24,000 nucleotides of DNA from Bacillota bacterium (GTDB lineage Bacteria; Bacillota; Clostridia; Oscillospirales; Ruminococcaceae): assembly GCA_023396225.1 (NCBI GenBank), contig JAEWWT010000027.1, positions 156,202 to 180,201 of the forward strand. The letters run 5' to 3'. A program made the position numbers and the translations under genes. Within the stretch, counting starts at the first letter, position 1; each line of letters starts with the position of its first letter. The notes beneath the pieces are model-generated. The model made no database searches, was not told the DNA's origin, and saw only the letters and a program-made list of their open reading frames with translations. Shown one piece after another: positions 15,898 through 24,000 of the stretch.

Positions 15898-16779
15898 ATG
15901 AGCAAATTTCAGGGTGTAACTGCACCTTATGAAACAGCACCGGATCTCAGAAGAATATATAATGTTTATGAGAAAAGGGCAGACTATTCGTTAAGTAAAA
16001 TTAGATTAACAAATTCATTGCTCATAAGCATGACAATTACAGTATTTATTACGTTCGTATTATTGTTAACGTTTAGAGATGCTTATATATTTTTAATTTC
16101 TGTAGCTGTTTTGTTTGCGGCTGGATTTGTTATCACCAATACCATCTTAAGATTGGATGGCTATGAAATTAAAAAAATAGAACGTGATGAGGGCTATTCG
16201 CCATGTTTTCTTCAGCTCATGAATCAGAAGATCAGCACCCATCACTACCCTATTAATATAATTGAGAAGGGCATTTTCAATAATATAAACGGAAACTATG
16301 ACCTGACTATAACGCAGTATAAAAATATTGTTCCATATACAATTCTGAATAATCCGCTTGCTCTGACAACTTTTTATCCTGTTTGCCTTGAAGCACTTTG
16401 CATGACGGGCGATGTGGCAATGGCAAAACAGATATATGAGCAGGGATTATATTTCATGCTCACATATATGGATAGTCCTGTCAATGGATATACAATCTGC
16501 AGAGCAATTGCAATATATGAATATACAATGGGCAATTATCAGGCAAGTCTTGAATGCTGTGACAACGCAATAATGTTGCTAAGTGAGGACAAAAACCAAA
16601 AGGATGCGCCTATACATCAAAGATTAAGTGCGCATATTAAATATATAGTTGCGCTCAATTATGCAGAGCAGGGACGCAAGCAGGAGGCTTTGCAAATCCT
16701 CAACAAAATAAGAATGGGGCTTGTTATTCCTTATACACTTGAACTTGTAAACAAGCTTCAGAATGAATTGATCAAATAG
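15898..16779 (+). CDS. Membrane protein with TPR-like C-terminal region, function unknown
   Basis: Two TM segments then helical repeats (YTMGNYQASLECCDNAIMLL, ALNYAEQGRKQEALQIL); SD GGGAGGG. Confidence 0.6.
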   Translation: MSKFQGVTAPYETAPDLRRIYNVYEKRADYSLSKIRLTNSLLISMTITVFITFVLLLTFRDAYIFLISVAVLFAAGFVITNTILRLDGYEIKKIERDEGYSPCFLQLMNQKISTHHYPINIIEKGIFNNINGNYDLTITQYKNIVPYTILNNPLALTTFYPVCLEALCMTGDVAMAKQIYEQGLYFMLTYMDSPVNGYTICRAIAIYEYTMGNYQASLECCDNAIMLLSEDKNQKDAPIHQRLSAHIKYIVALNYAEQGRKQEALQILNKIRMGLVIPYTLELVNKLQNELIK

Positions 16780-16849
16780 GACAGATATTTGCTAAAGCAT
16801 TTAGCTATATATATTTCAATATTTTCTACGGAAAGGAAAGTAAAAATTG

Positions 16850-17362
16850 ATGAAACAATTTCTGGAGGTTGGGAGAATAGTTGCGGTTCAGGGACTGAAG
16901 GGCGAGTTCAGGGTTGAATCCTGGAGTAGCAGCCTTGAATTTATCTGCGACTTTGACAGACTTTATTTGGATAAGGGTGAAAAAGAAGTTACTGTTGAAC
17001 TTGCAAGACCTCATAAAAATGTTGTTGTTATGAAAATAAAGGGTATTGATACTGTTGAACAGGCTCAGATGCTTAGAAATAAAATCCTCTACATGAACAG
17101 GGATGATGTAGAACTTGAAGAAGGATGTTTCTTCATTCAGGACCTTATCGGACTTGACGTTGTTGATGCTGATGACGGAACTGTTTACGGGAAGCTTTGC
17201 GATGTCAGCTTTACAGGCGCAAATGATGTATATCACATCAAAAGACCTGACGGAAAGGGTGAGTGGCTTATTCCTGCTATTCCTGATGTCGTTGCTGAAA
17301 CAGATATTGAAGGCGGAAAGATGACCATTCACAAGATGGAGGGGCTTTTCGATGAGGATTGA
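16850..17362 (+). CDS. rimM: Ribosome maturation factor RimM
   Basis: EVGRIVAVQGLKGEFRVESW, DLIGLDVVDADDGTVYGKL, LIPAIPDVV. Confidence 0.93.
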   Translation: MKQFLEVGRIVAVQGLKGEFRVESWSSSLEFICDFDRLYLDKGEKEVTVELARPHKNVVVMKIKGIDTVEQAQMLRNKILYMNRDDVELEEGCFFIQDLIGLDVVDADDGTVYGKLCDVSFTGANDVYHIKRPDGKGEWLIPAIPDVVAETDIEGGKMTIHKMEGLFDED

Positions 17363-18068
17363 CGTTGCAACCCTCTTCCCTGAAATGTGCGAAACAGTTT
17401 TATCTGAAAGCATTATCGGCAGGGCAAGAAAAGCTGAAAAGCTAGAGATATATTGCCATCAGATAAGAGATTATTCAAATGACAAGCACCGCCGTGTTGA
17501 TGACACACCATACGGCGGAGGAATGGGCATGGTAATGCAGGCAGAGCCTATTTACAGATGTTTTATGGGCGTTACTGAGAACTTTGAAGAAAAACCTTAT
17601 GTAATTTATATGTCACCAAAGGGAACAGTTTTTAATCAGAAAAAGGCAGTTGAGCTTGCATCTATGCAGAATATTTTTGTCATTTGCGGGCATTATGAAG
17701 GTGTAGATCAGAGAGTTATTGACAAAATTGTTGATGAAGAGGTTTCTATCGGTGATTATGTACTGACAGGTGGTGAACTTCCAGCACTTGTTATGATAGA
17801 TGCTGTTGCGAGAATGTGCGATGGAGTGCTGTCATCATCAGAATGTTACGAAGAGGAAAGTCACTTTTCAGGAATGCTTGAGTATCCGCATTATACTCGT
17901 CCGGAAGTGTGGGAGGGGATGGAAGTCCCACCGGTTTTGCTTACGGGACATCACAAGAATATTGCTGAATTCCGTCGTAATGAGGCTCTGAAAATAACAC
18001 AGGAAAGACGGCCGGATATGTACAAATCTTTGCCCGAAACATATATTATTAATAAAGGTAAGCGTTAA
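17352..18068 (+). CDS. trmD: tRNA (guanine-N1)-methyltransferase TrmD
   Basis: DVATLFPEM, VDDTPYGGGMGMVMQAEPI, ICGHYEGVDQRV, SIGDYVLTGGELPALVMIDAVAR. Confidence 0.97.
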   Translation: MRIDVATLFPEMCETVLSESIIGRARKAEKLEIYCHQIRDYSNDKHRRVDDTPYGGGMGMVMQAEPIYRCFMGVTENFEEKPYVIYMSPKGTVFNQKKAVELASMQNIFVICGHYEGVDQRVIDKIVDEEVSIGDYVLTGGELPALVMIDAVARMCDGVLSSSECYEEESHFSGMLEYPHYTRPEVWEGMEVPPVLLTGHHKNIAEFRRNEALKITQERRPDMYKSLPETYIINKGKR

Positions 18069-18224
18069 ATTGCTATTAGTGTTGAAAATTTATGTCTTAA
18101 TTGCATATAAAAAGATGTTGAAACTTAGTAATACATTATAATTGTGGTGATAATACACAAAGATAAAGGACAATAGTTAAGCCCGCTTAATTCAAATAGC
18201 AGAAAATTTGCTGAAAGTGCGAGA

Positions 18225-18269
18225 ATAGTCAATTTTTACGTTGACTATACAAAAAATGCAATGTATAAT
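18225..18269 (+). promoter_or_regulatory. Promoter TTGACT-N17-TATAAT with inverted repeat ATAGTCAA-N8-TTGACTAT over the -35
   Basis: -35 at 18241-18246, -10 at 18264-18269; 8-bp perfect arms. Confidence 0.6.
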
Positions 18270-18336
18270 TATGTTATAGAAACGTACAGCATTATTAATT
18301 GTAATATATAAGATGTCAGTTAGGAGAGAGAGTATT

Positions 18337-18609
18337 ATGTTCGTTAAAGATGTAATGGTTCAGAATCAGGTTGGTTTGCATGCACGTCCTGCTACATTCT
18401 TCATTCAGAAAGCAAACGAGTTCAAATCATCGATCTGGATTGAAAAGGAAGAAAGACGTGTAAATGCAAAGAGTCTTCTCGGTATCCTTTCCCTTGGTAT
18501 TGTTGGGGGAACACAGATCAGAATTATTGCTGACGGTTCAGATGAGGAAACTGCAGTTTCAGGTCTTGTTGATCTAGTAGAAAGCGGATTTGCTGAAGAA
18601 ACCAGATAG
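18337..18609 (+). CDS. HPr family phosphocarrier protein
   Basis: QVGLHARPATFFIQKA with the His site and VNAKSLLGILSLGI with the Ser site; SD GGAGAG before ATG 18337. Confidence 0.88.
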   Translation: MFVKDVMVQNQVGLHARPATFFIQKANEFKSSIWIEKEERRVNAKSLLGILSLGIVGGTQIRIIADGSDEETAVSGLVDLVESGFAEETR

Positions 18610-18626
18610 TTTTCATATATTTAACC

Positions 18627-18658
18627 AGCACTGTAGATATTACAGTGCTTTTTTTTTA
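18627..18658 (+). terminator. Rho-independent terminator after HPr
   Basis: AGCACTGTA-gatat-TACAGTGCTTTTTTTTT. Confidence 0.9.
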
Positions 18659-18845
18659 TAAAACACAGCATAATGCACAAGTATTAACAATTTGTTCACA
18701 CAAATTGATTAAGCTTGTGATAAAATAAGTGTATTAATAATATGACAACTTATGGTGTTTTTTAGCGTTGTTAAAAAGAGAATATAATAGAAGCAGTAAG
18801 TGGTAATTGTATTTACGGCTTATTATCGAAAGGATGGCTAAACAA

Positions 18846-19931
18846 ATGTCAAACAGACTGTTTCAAGGGTTAATCCATCAGATGCGTGATACTATGGATT
18901 GTGTGATAGGGGTTGTCGATTCGTCGGCTACAATTATCGCCTGCAGTGAACTTTCTAAAATTGGCACCACAAATGAATTTGTGTCCCTTGATCTTAGTGA
19001 TTCGCATGATGTTTTTGTTCGTGACGGGTATACATACAAGCCGTTCGGCGCTCATATAAAGCCTGATTATGCTGTGTTTGTTCAGGGAACAGATGAAAAT
19101 GCCGCTAAATATGTAAATATTATGGCAATTACACTTTCTTCAATTAAGCAATATTATGATGAAAAGTATGACAGAAACAACTTTGTAAAGAATGTTGTTC
19201 TTGATAACGTCCTTCCTGGTGATGTTGTTGTCAAGGCAAGAGAACTTCATTTTAACAATGATGTTACAAGGGTTGTTCTTCTTATAAGAATTGTATCCTC
19301 GAACGATGTTTCTGCTTATGATGTTATTCAGAATCTTTTCCCTGATAAGACAAAGGATTTTGTATTCACTATTACTGAAACTGATATAGTTCTTGTAAAG
19401 GAAACTAAGGCAGGCGTTGAATCCAAGGATCTTGAAAAGCTTGCACGTTCAATTTCCGATACACTTTCAAGTGAATTCTATACAAGAGTAAACGTCGGAA
19501 TAGGCACATCCGTAATGGGGGTTAAGGATCTTGCCCGTTCCTTTAAGGAAGCTCAGATTGCTCTTGAAGTAGGAAAGGTATTTGATACTGATAAGATTAT
19601 CGTTTCTTACGATAACCTCGGTATTGCAAGACTTATCTACCATCTCCCGACAACTCTTTGTGAAACATTCCTTCAGGAAGTTTTCAAGAGAGGTTCAATT
19701 GAATCTCTTGACCACGAAACATTGTTTACTATCCAGAGATTCTTTGAAAACAATCTCAACGTTTCAGAAACTTCAAGAAAGCTTTTTGTTCACAGAAATA
19801 CACTTGTATACAGACTTGAGAAAATCAAGAAGCTTACAGGACTTGACCTGAGAGAGTTTGACCATGCTATCATCTTCAAAATTGCACTTATGGTTAAGAA
19901 ATATCTGTCAGCAAATCCAGTTAAGTTCTGA
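18846..19931 (+). CDS. PucR/CdaR-type helix-turn-helix transcriptional regulator
   Basis: C-terminal IQRFFENNLNVSETSRKLFVHRNTLVYRLEKIKKLTGLDLREFDHAIIFKIALM; the track ORF starts at TTG 18807. Confidence 0.75.
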   Translation: MSNRLFQGLIHQMRDTMDCVIGVVDSSATIIACSELSKIGTTNEFVSLDLSDSHDVFVRDGYTYKPFGAHIKPDYAVFVQGTDENAAKYVNIMAITLSSIKQYYDEKYDRNNFVKNVVLDNVLPGDVVVKARELHFNNDVTRVVLLIRIVSSNDVSAYDVIQNLFPDKTKDFVFTITETDIVLVKETKAGVESKDLEKLARSISDTLSSEFYTRVNVGIGTSVMGVKDLARSFKEAQIALEVGKVFDTDKIIVSYDNLGIARLIYHLPTTLCETFLQEVFKRGSIESLDHETLFTIQRFFENNLNVSETSRKLFVHRNTLVYRLEKIKKLTGLDLREFDHAIIFKIALMVKKYLSANPVKF

Positions 19932-19961
19932 TTTTTATAAATTTAAAATATTGGACAATAG

Positions 19962-19989
19962 GGGCAGAGATTTATTTTTCTGCCCTTTT
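19962..19989 (+). terminator. Terminator-like hairpin after the PucR-type gene
   Basis: GGGCAGA ... TCTGCCCTTTT. Confidence 0.65.
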
Positions 19990-20012
19990 GTTAAGTTTAG
20001 GCGGTGCTGAAT

Positions 20013-20678
20013 TTGGTCGAATTAAAGAATGTGTCCGTTACATATGCAAACGGCGTTGACGCTTTGAACAATGTCAGTCTTAAAATAAATGACGGAGATT
20101 TTGTGTTTGTTGTTGGTGAATCGGGGGCAGGGAAAAGTACGCTCATTAAGCTTTTGCTTAAGGAAATAGAGCCAAACAGCGGGCATATAATGGTTAACGG
20201 GTTTAACCTAAACAAGATTAGAATTAGTAAGGCACATAAATTAAGACGTACTATTGGCTTTGTATTTCAGGATTTCAAGCTTATAAATACAATGAATGTT
20301 TATGATAATGTTGCGTTTGTTCTGAGAAGTATTGACGCTCCTTTAAATTACATAAGAAACCGTGTGCCATATGTTATTAGTCTTGTAGGTCTTAAAGACA
20401 AGATAAAGTCATATCCGACAGAGCTTTCAGGCGGTGAGCAGCAGAGAGTTGCCCTTGCAAGAGCGCTTGTAAATGACCCAAAGCTTATTATCGCAGATGA
20501 GCCGACAGGTAACCTTGACCCAAGGACATCCCTTGAAATCGTTGAATTGCTCCAGGCTATCAATCAGTGCGGGACTACTGTTATGATGGTAACGCATGAG
20601 CATGAGCTTGTAAGGCATTTTGGAGGAAGAACCGTTACAATCAAGAACGGGGAAATTGTATTTGATGACTACATTTAA
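20013..20678 (+). CDS. ftsE: Cell division ATP-binding protein FtsE
   Basis: Walker [35 protein letters not shown]; TTG 20013 fits the AGGCGG SD (track GTG at 20004). Confidence 0.92.
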   Translation: MVELKNVSVTYANGVDALNNVSLKINDGDFVFVVGESGAGKSTLIKLLLKEIEPNSGHIMVNGFNLNKIRISKAHKLRRTIGFVFQDFKLINTMNVYDNVAFVLRSIDAPLNYIRNRVPYVISLVGLKDKIKSYPTELSGGEQQRVALARALVNDPKLIIADEPTGNLDPRTSLEIVELLQAINQCGTTVMMVTHEHELVRHFGGRTVTIKNGEIVFDDYI

Positions 20679-20704
20679 CTGTGTCGGAAAGGTTTGGATT
20701 AATC

Positions 20705-21610
20705 GTGAAACTTAGCAGTGCTAATTACCTGTTTAAACAGGGTTTAAGAAATGTATGGACAAACAGGATAATGTCATTTGCGTCATTCTGTATTCTTCTT
20801 GTATCATTGCTGATGATTGGATTTGCGGTATTGTTTACCCAGAATATCAATCTCTTTATCGGCAGCATTGAAGAAAAGAATGAGGTAGTTATTTTCCTTA
20901 ACGATGATATTACAGACGAAATGATTGAAAAAATGGAAATCAAGCTCAAAGGTATGGATAACATAAAGGAAGTTGTTTTCTATTCAAAAGAGCAGGCATT
21001 TGCTGACCTGAAAGCCAATATGCAGAATGCAGAAGAGCTTTTCAATTATGTCGGTGAGGAAAGCCCTTTGCCTGATTCGTTTAAAATCAGAGTTACTGAC
21101 ATTTCAAAGATGAGCCCTACACTAATGGGTATAAATGCACTTGAGGGTATAGATACGGTAAAAGCTCCTACTGACTTTATCAGTATTCTTACAGGACTTA
21201 AAAATATTACTACTATTATTTCAGGAACTGTTCTTGTTGCACTTATAATAATCTGCCTTGTAATTATCTCAAATGCAACAAGGGCAAGCGTTGATATAAG
21301 AAAACGTGAAATTGCAATCATGAAGTATGTCGGTGCAACAAACGCATTCATTAAGATTCCTTTCTTTGTAGAGGGTATGCTAATGGGTGTTATAGCAGGT
21401 GTTGCTTCTACATTCATCACATGGGGTTGTTACGATAAGCTTTGTGAGATACTTGCTTCTGATTCAACGCTCTGGAACATCATGGGTATTTCGGGATTTA
21501 TTCCTTTCAGTTCAATTGCACTTTTTGCAGCAGTAAGTTATATTGCTGCGGGAGCATTTATCGGTGCAATTGGTACAGTTCTCAGTACAAGAAAGTATGT
21601 TAAGGTCTGA
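20705..21610 (+). CDS. ftsX: Cell division permease FtsX
   Basis: Four-TM FtsX architecture, VWTNRIMSFASFCILLVSLLMIG, immediately after ftsE; likely start GTG 20705 (track 20681). Confidence 0.9.
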   Translation: MKLSSANYLFKQGLRNVWTNRIMSFASFCILLVSLLMIGFAVLFTQNINLFIGSIEEKNEVVIFLNDDITDEMIEKMEIKLKGMDNIKEVVFYSKEQAFADLKANMQNAEELFNYVGEESPLPDSFKIRVTDISKMSPTLMGINALEGIDTVKAPTDFISILTGLKNITTIISGTVLVALIIICLVIISNATRASVDIRKREIAIMKYVGATNAFIKIPFFVEGMLMGVIAGVASTFITWGCYDKLCEILASDSTLWNIMGISGFIPFSSIALFAAVSYIAAGAFIGAIGTVLSTRKYVKV

Positions 21611-21627
21611 TATGGAGGCGAAGCAGT

Positions 21628-22926
21628 ATGGGTAATAAAATCAAACGTATTGTTGCTTCATGTCTGGCAGCATTAATTTGCATTACATGTTTTTGCTGGT
21701 CAGACGGTCTTGAGTATAGTATTTCAGCAGATACAATGTCAGAACTTGAAGCAAAGCAAAAGGAACTTGCAAATCAGCGTAAAGATCTTGAAAGCAGTAT
21801 GAGTGCAATCGAGGGTAAGGCTGAAGAGCAGGATGAGTATCTTGCGGAATATGATAAGAGAATGAAAATTCAGGAGCAGGAAATTGAAGTTGTCAAGGAG
21901 CAGCTTGCTTTGCTTGAAACTGATATTGAACAGCTCATTTCAGATATAGAACAGAAACAGATTGAGGTTGACAAGGGCATAGAGCAGTTTCGTAAAAGGC
22001 TTCGTGCTTTATATATATCAGGAAATGACAGTCTTGCATCTGTAATTGCAGGTTCAAATGACTTTTATGATATGCTGGCAAGAATGGAACTTGTTGAAAG
22101 AATTTCTGAGCATGACAATCAGATGATTGAGGATCTCAAGACAATGATTCAGGAACTTGAAACCTCAAAAACAGAACTTGAACAGGATCTTGCTGATCTT
22201 GAAGCAAAAAAGGCTGAACAGGAAAAAAATCTTGCCGAACTTCAGGAAACGTATAATAATCATGCAGAAACAAAAGCTATGTATGAAGCAAAACAGGCTG
22301 ATTACGAAAAACGTTCTGATGAGATAGATGCGGAAGAAGCTCAAGTTGAGCAGGCTCTTCAGGAGGAGATCCGAAGGAAGCAGGAGGAACTTGAAAGAAA
22401 GCGTAAGGAAGAGGAAGAACGCAGACGTAAGGAAGAGGAACTCAGAAAGCAGCAGGCTGAGGCTAACGGGCAGCAATATGTTCCTGATAATACTCCTACA
22501 ACGCCTTCCTATTCTGCAACAGGATTTATATGGCCTGTTCCTACTGTAAGGAACATGTCAGATAAATACGGAAACAGATGGATTGTTGAAGAACAGAGAT
22601 ATGACTTTCACAAGGGTATAGATATTACAAAGCCTGGCTGCGGAGGAAGCGAAATTGTTGCGGCAGCAGCGGGAACAGTGATTACAGCGGCAAACACAGG
22701 TAATGGTTACGGATACCATGTTGTTATTGACCACGGCGACAAGATTTCCACACTTTATGGTCATTGCAGCAGTCTTGCAGTAAGCGCAGGGCAGGAAGTC
22801 ACACAAGGACAGGTTATAGGCTACATAGGAAGTACAGGTTATTCTTATGGTAATCATCTTCATTTTGAAGTCAGAATTAATGGACAGCATACTGACCCGC
22901 TGAACTATGTTTCAGTAAACAATTAA
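21628..22926 (+). CDS. Secreted coiled-coil murein hydrolase with M23 peptidase domain (EnvC/PcsB-like position)
   Basis: Signal peptide, long Glu/Lys/Gln coiled coil, C-terminal FHKGIDI...HVVIDHGDKISTLYGHCSSL...GYSYGNHLHFEVR. Confidence 0.9.
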   Translation: MGNKIKRIVASCLAALICITCFCWSDGLEYSISADTMSELEAKQKELANQRKDLESSMSAIEGKAEEQDEYLAEYDKRMKIQEQEIEVVKEQLALLETDIEQLISDIEQKQIEVDKGIEQFRKRLRALYISGNDSLASVIAGSNDFYDMLARMELVERISEHDNQMIEDLKTMIQELETSKTELEQDLADLEAKKAEQEKNLAELQETYNNHAETKAMYEAKQADYEKRSDEIDAEEAQVEQALQEEIRRKQEELERKRKEEEERRRKEEELRKQQAEANGQQYVPDNTPTTPSYSATGFIWPVPTVRNMSDKYGNRWIVEEQRYDFHKGIDITKPGCGGSEIVAAAAGTVITAANTGNGYGYHVVIDHGDKISTLYGHCSSLAVSAGQEVTQGQVIGYIGSTGYSYGNHLHFEVRINGQHTDPLNYVSVNN

Positions 22927-22945
22927 TCAGAGAGGTTTCATTATA

Positions 22946-24000
22946 ATGAACAAAAAATTATCGCTTGGTGTAACAATAGGATTGATGGCACTTACTGCGG
23001 CGGTTACATTTATTATTACCTATAATTATTCACTGGGCGTTTTCAATGAGAAGGTAAAGAGCGTTTCCGAAAAGGAAGGCTTTTATACAAAGCTTGCAGA
23101 GCTTGATAAGTATGTAAGGGCCAATTACTTTACAGATCTTAATGAAGAAGATCTTCTTAAAGGAATCATAACAGGTTATATCTCCGGTCTTGATGATCCT
23201 TATGCAACATATTATACAGAAGAAGAATATGCAGCACTTTCTCAGAAAGAAACCGGAGTAGCAACAGGTCTTGGGTTTAATTATAAACGTGAAGAAAGCG
23301 GATATATCGTGATTACCGACGTTACAGAGAGTACTTCTGCTGCTGATAGGGGACTTGTTGCAGGGGATGTTATCACTGCTGTAAACAATACTGACGTAAT
23401 TGCATTTGAGGGCGGATATGATGCGGCTGTAAAGCTGTTTACCTGTGCAGAGGGAACAAAGGTAAAATTACATATCAAGCGTATTACAACTGAAGGAATT
23501 GCAGAGTTTTTCTCAATTGATGTTATTTCTTCAACAACTGAAATAGTTTCTGTAACAAGTCATATGATAGATACAAGAGGATATATAAAAATATCTTCAT
23601 TTAACGATAAAACACCTGAACAGTTCAAGACACAGTTGGATACAATTCTGTCACAGGGCGCAACATCACTGATACTTGATTTAAGGGGCAACTCAAGCGA
23701 AAGAGTTTCAGCAATGGGTGATACTGTTGACTATCTTTTGGGAGCAGGGCAGATTGTAACTGCAAAGTATAAGGATAAGAGCGAAGTAATTGTTGAAACT
23801 ACTGAGGCAAATCAGGTTAAGCTTCCTATGGTTGTTCTTGTTGATAACAATACTGCAAGCTGCGGAGAACTCTTTGCTTTTGCACTAAGGGATAATGCAG
23901 GGGCACAGACCGTTGGCATGACTACTTTTGGTAAGGGCGTAATGCAGGTTACAAACAAGCTTACAGACGGAAGTGCTGTAAGAATATCTGTTGCCGTTCT
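22946..24000 (+). CDS. S41 C-terminal processing peptidase, partial (runs off the window)
   Basis: N-terminal TM, PDZ-like segment, Ser-Lys dyad context TASCGELFAFAL ... TTFGKG; no stop before the window end, so absent from the ORF track. Confidence 0.85.
   Translation, partial: MNKKLSLGVTIGLMALTAAVTFIITYNYSLGVFNEKVKSVSEKEGFYTKLAELDKYVRANYFTDLNEEDLLKGIITGYISGLDDPYATYYTEEEYAALSQKETGVATGLGFNYKREESGYIVITDVTESTSAADRGLVAGDVITAVNNTDVIAFEGGYDAAVKLFTCAEGTKVKLHIKRITTEGIAEFFSIDVISSTTEIVSVTSHMIDTRGYIKISSFNDKTPEQFKTQLDTILSQGATSLILDLRGNSSERVSAMGDTVDYLLGAGQIVTAKYKDKSEVIVETTEANQVKLPMVVLVDNNTASCGELFAFALRDNAGAQTVGMTTFGKGVMQVTNKLTDGSAVRISVAV

Noticed and set aside
22946-24000. Possible loss of the catalytic Ser in the S41 peptidase (SCGE instead of SASE)
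   Set aside because: Counting residues back from the FGKG lysine places the nucleophile Ser at TAS, which is retained at the expected 25-residue distance; the enzyme looks intact.

Overview
AT-rich Gram-positive window. Gene content and operon order suggest a Clostridia/Ruminococcaceae-type genome, but this is inference and taxonomy was not tested. The right half (about 12.7-24 kb) is conserved housekeeping: ylxM-ffh, two small membrane proteins (one Imm17-like), rpsP, khpA-like KH protein, a membrane/TPR-like protein, rimM, trmD, HPr, a PucR/CdaR-type regulator, ftsE-ftsX, an M23 coiled-coil murein hydrolase and a partial S41 peptidase. The left half (0-12.5 kb) is accessory. It holds two large paralogous secreted proteins of unknown function (567 and 569 aa) and two miniature proteins made of little more than a signal peptide, an acidic stalk and a sortase-like anchor; all four end in (N/A)P(A/S)TGN + hydrophobic stretch + basic tail. 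It also holds an orphan SpoVAC, a PP2C phosphatase, a soluble MCP-signalling-domain protein, a YjfB-like protein, a GH9-family protein with an altered DAGD motif and no signal peptide, and a degenerate nucleotidyltransferase/HEPN pair. The best leads are the anchored-protein family, including one mini-gene that shares a 74-nt identical 3' block with a large paralog, and a three-copy interspersed palindromic element that in two copies ends in the Shine-Dalgarno region of the next gene.
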